Below the pieces are notes generated by a model that saw nothing but the letters and a program-made list of their open reading frames with translations, had not been told where the DNA came from and ran no database searches. The translations under genes and the position numbers were made by a program. 41,399 bases of DNA from Muribaculaceae bacterium (GTDB lineage Bacteria; Bacteroidota; Bacteroidia; Bacteroidales; Muribaculaceae). How positions within the stretch are numbered: position 1 is the first letter of the stretch; each line of letters starts with the position of its first letter. The DNA is taken from positions 429 through 41,827 of the forward strand of contig JBJEKB010000252.1 of assembly GCA_051878395.1 (NCBI GenBank). The letters run 5' to 3'. Of the stretch, positions 29,028-36,830 are shown piece by piece.

Positions 29028-29836
29028 AGAGCCGCTAAAGTTAGGTCGAAAGATATGTTTTGTAGCGAGGAGCCTCGCTTGAGTATCGATGAGGGGAACG
29101 CCGCCGCCATCACGAAGGTGATTTGCTGCCGCAGGGTGTCGATGAGGGTGTTGCGCTCCTTGTTGTCGCCGGCAATCTGCACTTCGTCGGCTTTCGCGTC
29201 CATTCCGGCGTCGGCCCACGCCGCGAAGATATAGTAGGCGGCGTCGTTGATATGCCGGAAGGTGTTCACCACCGCGAGCATCGTCTTCCCCCCTTTGAAG
29301 CAGCACACTGCGATGCGGTCGCCGAGGAGCACGGCATAGAGTTTCGCCGAGTTGGCGAGCGCAGCCTTGCGGTGGTAGAAGTCGTGCAGCATGCCGATGG
29401 TGTGGTGGAAGGTGCAGCGCGTGTATGTGCGGTTGAAAAACGAGGTGATGCCATCGGTTACGCCATACACCAAGGTGATGTCGCCGCGCAGGTTCGAGGT
29501 GAGCATCTCGCCCTCGAATCCGGGGAAAGACGCCTCAAACGCCTCCTGCAGAGGCGCTCCGGCGGGCACCAAGGCATAGACATCGTTGTCGAAAAGCACA
29601 TTCACCGCCTTGAAGTCGCCCAAGAGAGCCGCGTTGTCGTAGATAGCGTCCTCGACCGACTTCCGAGGGTTCTCCGAAGCCGTATCCAAGGCAATAATCC
29701 CGGTGATGATAGCGTTGTCGTCATCCGGGGCAAACAACAGATACTCCATCTCTCGCAGCGAGACGCGCAGCGAGAGCGACCATCGTTCCGGGTTTTTAAT
29801 CGGAATCTGAGATAATATGTTGCCGTTGTCGTTCAT
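29018..29836 (-). CDS. DUF3822-family protein (conserved Bacteroidota partner of rsmD)
   Basis: 272 aa, overlapping the rsmD start by 10 nt. Assigned from position and overall resemblance, not from a diagnostic motif. Confidence 0.6.
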   Translation of the reverse strand: MNDNGNILSQIPIKNPERWSLSLRVSLREMEYLLFAPDDDNAIITGIIALDTASENPRKSVEDAIYDNAALLGDFKAVNVLFDNDVYALVPAGAPLQEAFEASFPGFEGEMLTSNLRGDITLVYGVTDGITSFFNRTYTRCTFHHTIGMLHDFYHRKAALANSAKLYAVLLGDRIAVCCFKGGKTMLAVVNTFRHINDAAYYIFAAWADAGMDAKADEVQIAGDNKERNTLIDTLRQQITFVMAAAFPSSILKRGSSLQNISFDLTLAALCE

Positions 29837-29844
29837 TCCAAGTG

Positions 29845-30053
29845 CAAAGATAGTGCAAACGAGAGGAATCGCAAAATAAAAACGCAGTTTTTAATTTTGC
29901 ATTCCCGAGTGCCGCCTATCTTATCCAAAGATAGTGCAAACCGAACGCAATAGCAAAAGAAAATCCAATTTTCTTTTGTATTGCTGAGGTGCAGCCTATC
30001 TTATCTAAAGATAGTGCAAACGAGAGGAATGTCAAAATAAAAACGCAGTTTTT
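29845..30053 (-). promoter_or_regulatory. Three tandem promoter-like cassettes upstream of the DUF3822-rsmD-EamA operon
   Basis: On the - strand, gtttgcacTATCTTTG occurs at 29845-29860 and 29926-29941, with a G-to-A variant at 30006-30021. Each is preceded by TTTG at a 19-20 nt spacing. Confidence 0.55.
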
Positions 30054-30058
30054 GCTCG

Positions 30059-30920
30059 CCTTGTACCGTCAGAGAGCGCTGCCAACGCAGCGCAGCGCCT
30101 ATTGGACCTATTAGCCCCATTAGCCCTATTAGCCCCATTAGCCCTATCACCACCCATTAGCTCCCACGCGCTGCTTATGCAGCGCTGACAAGCGACAGCA
30201 CCCCAACGGGGTGCCCCTGTCCATAACCCGGCACTTACGAAGTTGTGCCGGGATCAGAAGTGCCTCTCTCAGATGCGTGCCGAAGGTACGCTCCTGTAGC
30301 GCTGTGGTCGCTTGTAGCGAGGGGCGTACCTTTGGCACGCATTCCTTATATATCTTGTAACCCCGGCACAACTTCGTAAGTGCCGGGTTATGATCAGGCA
30401 CGCCACGCTGTGGCTTCCATAGATAGTAGCGCCAGGTGGACAATCCACTGATAATGACTACGATGCGCCACCTTGTGCCGTCAGAGAGCGCTGCGTAAGC
30501 AGCGCAGCACCCATTGGCCCTATTAGCCCCATTAGCCCTATCACCACCTATTAGCCCCACGCGCTGCTTATGCAGCGCTGACAAGCGACAGCACCCCAAC
30601 GGGGTGCCCCTGTCCATAACCCGGCACTTACGAAGTTGTGCCGGGATCAGAAGTGCCTCTCTCAGATGCGTGCCGAAGGTACGCTCCTGTAGCGCTGTGG
30701 TCGCTTGTAGCGAGGGGCGTACCTTTGGCACGCATTCCTTATATATCTTGTAACCCCGGCACAACTTCGTAAGTGCCGGGTTATGATCAGGCACGCCACG
30801 CTGTGGCTTCCATAGATAGTAGCGCCAGGTGGACAATCCACTGATAATGACTACGATGTGCCACCTTGTGCCGTCAGACAGAGAGCGCTGCCAACGCAGC
30901 GCAGCGCCCTCCCTGCCACT
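30059..30920. repeat. Tandem direct repeat of a ~400-bp GC-rich structured element (412 bp, 393 bp and a ~57-bp partial copy)
   Basis: Copies start at 30059, 30471 and 30864 (ccttgtRccgtcaga...). The ~300-bp cores (30165-30470 and 30558-30863) differ at one base. Confidence 0.95.
30222..30392 (+). other. Long nested hairpin inside tandem copy 1 (candidate structured RNA or MITE-like palindrome); the identical copy lies at 30615-30785
   Basis: A 31-bp perfect outer stem (30222-30252 with 30362-30392). A 22-bp inner stem (30273-30294 with 30321-30342) has two pairs that are G-U only in the + strand transcript. The apical loop is 26 nt. Confidence 0.6.
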
Positions 30921-30969
30921 ATTTGTCATTTTTTTTGCAATTTATTGCTAATTCCTCTAAAAATTTTAT

Positions 30970-30977
30970 TATATTTG
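30970..30977 (+). promoter_or_regulatory. Candidate -7 box (TATATTTG) for the second GHL10 gene
   Basis: Matches TAnnTTTG, 51 nt upstream of the ATG at 31029. Only a partial -33 (ATTG at 30944-30947) is present. Confidence 0.35.
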
Positions 30978-31028
30978 CACACTAAACCAATTTGCTAAAT
31001 ACTTAAACAATATAAACTTACTACAATT

Positions 31029-34000
31029 ATGCAAAAACGACTATTTTCTATCGCGATAGCGATATTATGTCTCCTTGTCGCTCTGCCGGCAAGTGCAGCC
31101 TTCACGAAGCGCGAATTCCGCGGCTCATGGATTTCCAACGCTTGGGCTCTCGACTGGCCTTCCGTAAGAGGAACTTCCTCCGATGAGATTGAACAACAGA
31201 AAGCAGAATTAATCCAGTATCTCAATGATTTGCAGGGTTATGGCTTTAATGTGGCATTCTTTCAAGTGCGCTCCATGTGCGACGCCGCTTATCCTTCGAG
31301 CTACGCTCCTTGGACAAGTTATGTTTCGGGAACACGTGGTGTAGATCCCGGTTGGGACCCACTCGGTTTTGCTGTAGAAGAGGCTCACAAGCGCGGTATC
31401 GAACTCCATGCATGGCTCAACCCTTATCGTTGGGCAAACTCTGACGACCTTTCTTTTTGGAGCACAAATTATGATACTGCATGGAAGAATGCCGGTTACC
31501 TTATTACATCAACATCGAGCAGTATAACATCTCTTGACCCCGGGAATTCTAAAGTTATTGAGCATATAGTCAATGTTGTCAAAGAAATCTGCACCAACTA
31601 TAAGGTTGACGGCATTGTATTTGACGACTACTTCTATCCCAACTACTATGACAAAGATGCATCAACAGCAACTAAGAACCAATATCGCGCCAACGTGAAC
31701 AAGATGGTGGAATCGGTTTACAATGCCGTTAAAGACACCCGTCCCGAGGCTCGTTTCGGCATCTCGCCGGCAGGCGTTGCGTATTGGGGTGCAAGTGCCG
31801 TTGGCGTTGACTACTCTGCCATAATAGAAAAAGAGGCATCAGACTGGCAATACGATGCGCTCTATAGCGACCCATTGGCTTGGCTCGCAGCAGGCAATAT
31901 CGACTATATCTCTCCGCAAATATATTGGAACACCAACAATAGCAAAAATCCATTCGGAACTATCACAACTTGGTGGAATGGCGTGGCTGAAAAATTTGGT
32001 CGCCACCATTTCCCCAGCCACAACTGTGCAGAACAATTTGCTGCTGACAATTCCTACACTATGTGGCAAGAATTTGAAAAACAAATCAATTACACTCGTG
32101 CTTCGAGCAACACCCCCGGAGCGGTGATGTATCGTCAAACACAAATCGGTTTGCCTTTAACCACCAGCGAAGGCGTAACTTGGTATGGATTTCAGCACTT
32201 CCTTAAAGTATGGGTTTTCAACAAGCCCGCTCTTGCGCCCGAGGTTACTTGGCGCAACACCGGCAAGACCTACACCACCGTTCAAAACTTGAGCCTTTCG
32301 GGCAGCACACTCTCCTGGAGCAGCGCCGCACAAGGCAACGAAGTGCTCAAATACACCGTTTATGCTATTCCAAACTCATTGACCTATGAGGATGTACTCA
32401 CTACCGATGGCATCAGCAATACATATCTCCAAGGCATCACTTACAATACATCTTTCGATGTAATCTCCGGCGATTACTGGTATGCAGTGTGCATCCTCGA
32501 TGGTCTCAGCCACGAATACGAGCCTCAATTCCTCGGTGTTGCAGAGAGCGAAAACACCACTCTCACCTCGCCTGTCAATGGCGCGGTTGCCTACGGCAAA
32601 TTCACTTGGGCTGCCGTTGACAATGCCACTTACACTCTCGAAATCTCCGCTTCGAGCGACTTCTCGTCGATAGCTCTCTCGCAATCGGGCATCACCACCA
32701 ACTCCGCCACCATCAGCCTCTCCTCGCTCCTCTCAAGCAGCACTTATTATTGGAGAGTGAAGACTCGCCAAACCGGCACAACCGAGGTTGTGAGCGATGT
32801 GGCATCTTTCACCACTCCCGCATACAGCCCCGAGCAAATGGATGAGGCAATCTACTCATCAAATGGCAGCATGGAGTTTGAAAACCTCTGGATGCGCAAG
32901 GGAGATGGCAATCTCGACAATTTCACCCCCAACTACAACTTCTGCCGCGACATGGCGCTCGACAAAGACTACATGTACATCATCTGCCGCGAAAGCAATT
33001 CCGCCACATCGGCATGCTACATCGAGAAATACGACATCAACACCGGCGAGAAGCGAGGCACGCTCAACATCTCATTCCCCGAGAGCAGCATCAGTTACTT
33101 CCCTGCCAACAATATCTTCCTCGACGATGCAGGAAATGTGTGCGTGTCAAACCTCACCTTAGATTGCAGCACCTCTCCGCTACTCATCCATAGCATCGAC
33201 ATGACCACCGGCGTAGCCACTTTGCGCGCAAGCATTGCAACAAACGATGTTGTGCGCTTCGACCACTGCGATGTGCTTGGCGATGTAGTAGCCGGCGATT
33301 TCTATGTGTTTGCCGCAACCTCGTATGTCGCCAATTCGGAAGTTCCGATGTATATATATCGCTGGTACTATGAGAATGGCGAGAGAGTCGTAAACAATAG
33401 CTACAAAGGCACGCCTGCGGCTTACGTTCCCTCGTCAGCAACACATTTCGGTGCTGCGCCGCGCATCAAGGCTATAACAAAAGACAAAGTGATTGTCGAT
33501 GGCCAAACAACCGCACTGACACAGTACGACATCTCTATATCCGCTCCGACAGCAACCTCGTTTGCCGATGCAAACCTCTTGCCGTCAACCTACAACACCA
33601 ATGGATTCGACTGGTTCAAACTCGATGTCAACGATGTGATTGTGTATAACTTTGCCGACTATTCCAACGGCATCAAATTCAACACCGCAATCACCGGCAG
33701 CGTTGAGACCGATTTTGGCACAGCTGTGCAACTCGGCGACTGGACATTCCCGCGCGAGGGATTAGGTAGCGCAAATTCGGCTAACTATACCGCCGAGGTT
33801 GACCACTACTCGATAAGCGACACCGAGGTGCTCGTGGGCGTTTATGCCACCGGCAACGGCATGGGTGTGTATCGCATCAAGAAAACCAAGGATATCGGCA
33901 CCGGAATCGACGACGCGCTGCTCGACGCACTCACATTGGTGAAATCGGGCTGCACCATCACCCTGAGCCGCCCCGCAGCGAGGGTTGAAATCTACAACAT

Positions 34001-34127
34001 GGCAGGCGCCAAGGTTGCCGAGAAGCAGAATGTGGCTTCGTTCAGCACCTATCTCCAGCCGGGAGCCTACATCATCCGAGCAATCGACAACAGCGGCAAC
34101 ATCGCCACCAAAACCATCATCTTTTAG
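31029..34127 (+). CDS. GHL10-family protein (paralogue of 23149-25752) with an Ig-like module, a propeller-like module and a T9SS C-terminal sorting domain
   Basis: Signal peptide; HKRGIELHAWLNPYR, DGIVFDDYFYP, RFGISPAG and YISPQIY align with the other GHL10 gene; a module ending YYWRVKT; C-terminal VEIYNMAGAKVAEKQN...GAYIIRAIDNSGNIATKTIIF. Confidence 0.8.
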   Translation: MQKRLFSIAIAILCLLVALPASAAFTKREFRGSWISNAWALDWPSVRGTSSDEIEQQKAELIQYLNDLQGYGFNVAFFQVRSMCDAAYPSSYAPWTSYVSGTRGVDPGWDPLGFAVEEAHKRGIELHAWLNPYRWANSDDLSFWSTNYDTAWKNAGYLITSTSSSITSLDPGNSKVIEHIVNVVKEICTNYKVDGIVFDDYFYPNYYDKDASTATKNQYRANVNKMVESVYNAVKDTRPEARFGISPAGVAYWGASAVGVDYSAIIEKEASDWQYDALYSDPLAWLAAGNIDYISPQIYWNTNNSKNPFGTITTWWNGVAEKFGRHHFPSHNCAEQFAADNSYTMWQEFEKQINYTRASSNTPGAVMYRQTQIGLPLTTSEGVTWYGFQHFLKVWVFNKPALAPEVTWRNTGKTYTTVQNLSLSGSTLSWSSAAQGNEVLKYTVYAIPNSLTYEDVLTTDGISNTYLQGITYNTSFDVISGDYWYAVCILDGLSHEYEPQFLGVAESENTTLTSPVNGAVAYGKFTWAAVDNATYTLEISASSDFSSIALSQSGITTNSATISLSSLLSSSTYYWRVKTRQTGTTEVVSDVASFTTPAYSPEQMDEAIYSSNGSMEFENLWMRKGDGNLDNFTPNYNFCRDMALDKDYMYIICRESNSATSACYIEKYDINTGEKRGTLNISFPESSISYFPANNIFLDDAGNVCVSNLTLDCSTSPLLIHSIDMTTGVATLRASIATNDVVRFDHCDVLGDVVAGDFYVFAATSYVANSEVPMYIYRWYYENGERVVNNSYKGTPAAYVPSSATHFGAAPRIKAITKDKVIVDGQTTALTQYDISISAPTATSFADANLLPSTYNTNGFDWFKLDVNDVIVYNFADYSNGIKFNTAITGSVETDFGTAVQLGDWTFPREGLGSANSANYTAEVDHYSISDTEVLVGVYATGNGMGVYRIKKTKDIGTGIDDALLDALTLVKSGCTITLSRPAARVEIYNMAGAKVAEKQNVASFSTYLQPGAYIIRAIDNSGNIATKTIIF

Positions 34128-34165
34128 CCCGGCATAACTCCGCCCTCGGGGCAGGAGCACCCCTT

Positions 34166-34201
34166 GGAGGCACTTCACATCGGTGAAGTGCCTCCTTTTT
34201 G
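34166..34201 (+). terminator. Rho-independent terminator after the second GHL10 gene
   Basis: A 13-bp perfect stem (ggaggcacttcac pairing with gtgaagtgcctcc) with loop atcg, then ttttt. Confidence 0.85.
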
Positions 34202-34278
34202 CGCCGCCGCGTTGATAGGGCGCCGCCGCAGCGCTGCTCACGCAGCGCAGGTTTGCGATAGCCCGCCGCCACAGCGAC

Positions 34279-34422
34279 AATAGGGCCAATAGGGCCAATA
34301 AGCCCAATAGGCAGCGCTGCGTGAGCAGCGCAAGGGCGCAGTTTCGCCAAGCCGGTCCGCCGGTGGCTGCTCACGCCGCCATATTCCCTATTGGCCCTAT
34401 TGGGCGTATTGGGCATATTCGC
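34279..34422. repeat. Composite palindromic element: four reverse 9-mers, a ~72-bp GC-rich centre, four forward 9-mers
   Basis: aatagggcc-type units at 34279-34314 face cctattggc-type units at 34387-34422. The centre carries gcgctgc-gtga-gcagcgc and gcagcgcaagggc. Confidence 0.85.
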
Positions 34423-34536
34423 TCCCATGTGCTGCTCACGCAGAGCCTCCGGCGAAAGCCCCCAAATCGGGCGCAGCGCAGCGTCCGCCCCTCCGCTAAC
34501 GGCGGAGACGATGACCGGAGGCGGACATTTCCGCCA

Positions 34537-34845
34537 CCCCGCGAGGGGTTGCAGCCGTGCGTAGCCCCGTATTTCGCCGACCGGGGTGTCGGCGACATGC
34601 GGGGACCGCCCACGCGCATCCCACAAATCGCACCCCGGAGGGGTGCGGGGCTGTCGCTACCATCATCGTGCTGCGTGTATTGTGCTGTGTATCAGCGGTG
34701 TGTCTTGTGGTTTATGTGGTGCAATGACGGCCTGCCACCACCTCCGGGGTGGCGTTTTCTCGGTACATCTCCGCCCTCCCCGCATGTCGCCGACACCCAG
34801 GTCGGCGAAATACGGGGCTACGCACAGCTGCAACCCCTGCCGGGG
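34537..34845. repeat. 69-bp inverted repeat (65/69 match) flanking a 171-bp spacer
   Basis: The left arm is 34537-34605 and the right arm 34777-34845. Each arm also contains a local cgccgac-N6-gtcggcg hairpin. The spacer holds a G+T-rich tract at 34667-34722. Confidence 0.9.
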
Positions 34846-34890
34846 TGGCGAATTACATCGCCTCTCGTCATCAGCGATGCTCCGCATCGC

Positions 34891-35025
34891 AACGGGCCAA
34901 TAAGCCCAATAGGCAGCGCTGCTCACGCAGCGCACGATGGCGATGACCCAGCCGCTGCTAACACTCCGCAGGCTATATTACCTATTAGCCCTATTAGCCC
35001 TATTGGCCCTATTGGCCCTATTCGC
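34891..35025. repeat. Second composite palindromic 9-mer element
   Basis: Reverse units at 34891-34916, a centre with gcgctgc-tcac-gcagcgc, and five forward units (cctattagc, cctattggc, cctattcgc) at 34981-35025. Confidence 0.85.
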
Positions 35026-35095
35026 ATAGAGCGGTGGTCCCGCCGTGGCTGCGCTGCGTGAGCAGCGCCCACGACCCTCGACCCTCGACCCCAGA

Positions 35096-35129
35096 CAAAA
35101 AAAACGCGCCGAAGGGCGCGTTTTTTTTA
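35096..35129. terminator. Bidirectional rho-independent terminator
   Basis: An A9 tract, then cgcgcc-gaag-ggcgcg, then a T8 tract. It lies 17 nt beyond the stop of the - strand gene 35146-36600. Confidence 0.9.
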
Positions 35130-35145
35130 TTGCGAAGCGTTGAAA

Positions 35146-36600
35146 TTAGAGGATTACTTTTTCAACTACTGCGTTACCGTTTACGTTTGCTTTAACGATG
35201 TAAGCACCTGCAGCGGGAGTAGCAACTTGTGAAGCGTTGGCTTCAACAACTTTTTGACCTGCCATGTTGTAAACTTCGATGCTTGTAGCTTCGTTAACCG
35301 AAATCATACCGTTGGCAACAACTACGTTTACGTTGTTTGCTTCGATACCTTCAACACCTGCAGATTCCAAATCAAAGCCATCTTCTGCGATAAGATATAC
35401 ACCAAGACCTGCGAAAGATTTAGCAGTGAGGAGGTAGCAACCTTCTTTACCGTCTTTGTCGGTAAGTTTTTGAGTGTAGATAGCGTGGAAACGGTTACCG
35501 GCATCAGATACGAGTTCAGGGTTCATACCGTTAGCAGGGATTAACCAAACGCGCTCCATGCCTGTGAATGCCATGTCGGCACCAACCTCGTTGAAAGAGA
35601 TTTCGTTACCACCATTGCTACCGGTGTGTTGGTGGTTGGCAACAGCGATGAACTTACGACCTTTGATAGCAACTTCGGCGATACCGTTGGCACCTGCTTC
35701 AGGAGCGAGATCAACAGCATTTTCGAAAGAATCGATAACGGCACCCCATGAGTCATAAAGGATAGGAGCAGCGGTGAAACCGTCAACGTAGAAGAGTTCG
35801 CCGGCAAATTGGAGGTCGCCTTCACCCATCACGATCTTAATCGCAGGAGCATAGTTCCACATTGTGATACCACCTTCTTCGGGTTCGTTGATATAGAAAC
35901 TCTTTATTTCATAAGCAACTGAGCCTTCGAAACCACCTTTCCATTCAGTAGCGCCTTTGGCGAGTTCCCAACGATATACCCAACCTCCATCTTGTGCAGC
36001 GGCTGCCATGATGATAGCATTGGCTTCAGTACCTGTGATATCACCAATTACATCGAAATAGTCGATACGAGCGTTGTGTTCGCGAGGAAGAGTGGCAAAC
36101 AATGTGAGAGCACCTGTTTCGGTATCTACTGTGTAAGCTTTAACAGGAGTCAACGGGCTTTCTTCGCTAACTTCGGTTTGAGCGAAAGTGGCACCAATGA
36201 TAAGGATGTGACCGAAACTATCGACGATTACGTTGTTGGCGCAAAGAGTACCTTCGAGGGGAGCACCATCAATTGTGAGAGTGAGTTCTTCACCGATTTG
36301 AGCACCAGTCAAAGCGTCAAATTTGAGGAGTTTACCAACAGCATTTGGAGAACCTGCGAAATAAACAACACCATTGGATAGAGTTGCAGTACGGTAGTTC
36401 TTACCTGTAGCTGCGTCACCGAGAGGAGAAGCAACGTAAGCATCGTTGTCGTGGCAACGGTCGAAAATCCAAAGGTTTTTACAAGTGAGAGTTACATCGT
36501 TCTTGGTAGAAGGTGCATAAGTTTGACCATCTTGAACGGCTGCAAATGCGCTTGATGCTGCCATCAAGGCTGTTGCGCAAAGGAGTAAACTTTTCTTCAT
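35146..36600 (-). CDS. Secreted propeller-like protein with a T9SS C-terminal sorting domain; stand-alone paralogue of the C-terminal half of the 31029-34127 product
   Basis: Signal peptide MKKSLLLCATALMAASSAFA. Blocks align with the 1032-aa protein (NLW, KFDALTG vs KYDINTG, CANNVIVD vs PANNIFLD, VYRW vs IYRW, GLGVY vs GMGVY). C-terminal tail IEVYNMAGQKVVEANA...GAYIVKANVNGNAVVEKVIL. Confidence 0.8.
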   Translation of the reverse strand: MKKSLLLCATALMAASSAFAAVQDGQTYAPSTKNDVTLTCKNLWIFDRCHDNDAYVASPLGDAATGKNYRTATLSNGVVYFAGSPNAVGKLLKFDALTGAQIGEELTLTIDGAPLEGTLCANNVIVDSFGHILIIGATFAQTEVSEESPLTPVKAYTVDTETGALTLFATLPREHNARIDYFDVIGDITGTEANAIIMAAAAQDGGWVYRWELAKGATEWKGGFEGSVAYEIKSFYINEPEEGGITMWNYAPAIKIVMGEGDLQFAGELFYVDGFTAAPILYDSWGAVIDSFENAVDLAPEAGANGIAEVAIKGRKFIAVANHQHTGSNGGNEISFNEVGADMAFTGMERVWLIPANGMNPELVSDAGNRFHAIYTQKLTDKDGKEGCYLLTAKSFAGLGVYLIAEDGFDLESAGVEGIEANNVNVVVANGMISVNEATSIEVYNMAGQKVVEANASQVATPAAGAYIVKANVNGNAVVEKVIL

Positions 36601-36830
36601 AATAAATGAGATTTTAATTAGTAAATAAAAATATGTGTATTATAGTTTTTCTCTTTTTTCTAATGATATTTGAATTAAGTTATCGCTACGGATTAACGGA
36701 ATTGATGTTCCTGATTAATTCGTTGTAAAATTAGCAGTATATTTTGACTTGACCAAAGATTTCAACAAAAAATTTGATATTTTGAGTTAAAAAATCTTCA
36801 ATTACGCTTTTGCGGCTCGTTTTCCCGCCC

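Noticed and set aside
30147-30929. 260-aa - strand ORF spanning both tandem repeat copies, with an internally duplicated ~130-aa sequence
   Set aside because: It exists only because the 412/393-bp repeat lacks stops in that frame. The protein is Arg/Cys/Trp/Gly-rich with no recognisable fold, no promoter context, and a start inside the partial third copy. I treat it as a repeat artefact.
29837-31028. Retron or DGR-like ncRNA interpretation of the long hairpins
   Set aside because: No reverse transcriptase ORF or template/variable repeat pair is present in or near the region, so the hairpins alone do not support these systems.
34606-34776. Calling the 171-bp segment between the 69-bp inverted repeats a bona fide promoter inverton
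   Set aside because: There is no TAnnTTTG box in either orientation, no recombinase gene in the window, and the position is between two gene 3' ends. I keep it as an open finding but do not annotate it as a regulatory switch.
34117-35061. Several 80-246-aa ORFs on both strands in the GC-rich region between the convergent T9SS cargo genes
   Set aside because: They overlap one another in all frames, are made of repeat and hairpin sequence (PIGPIG strings, mirrored peptides from the inverted repeat), and show no codon-position GC bias like the real genes.
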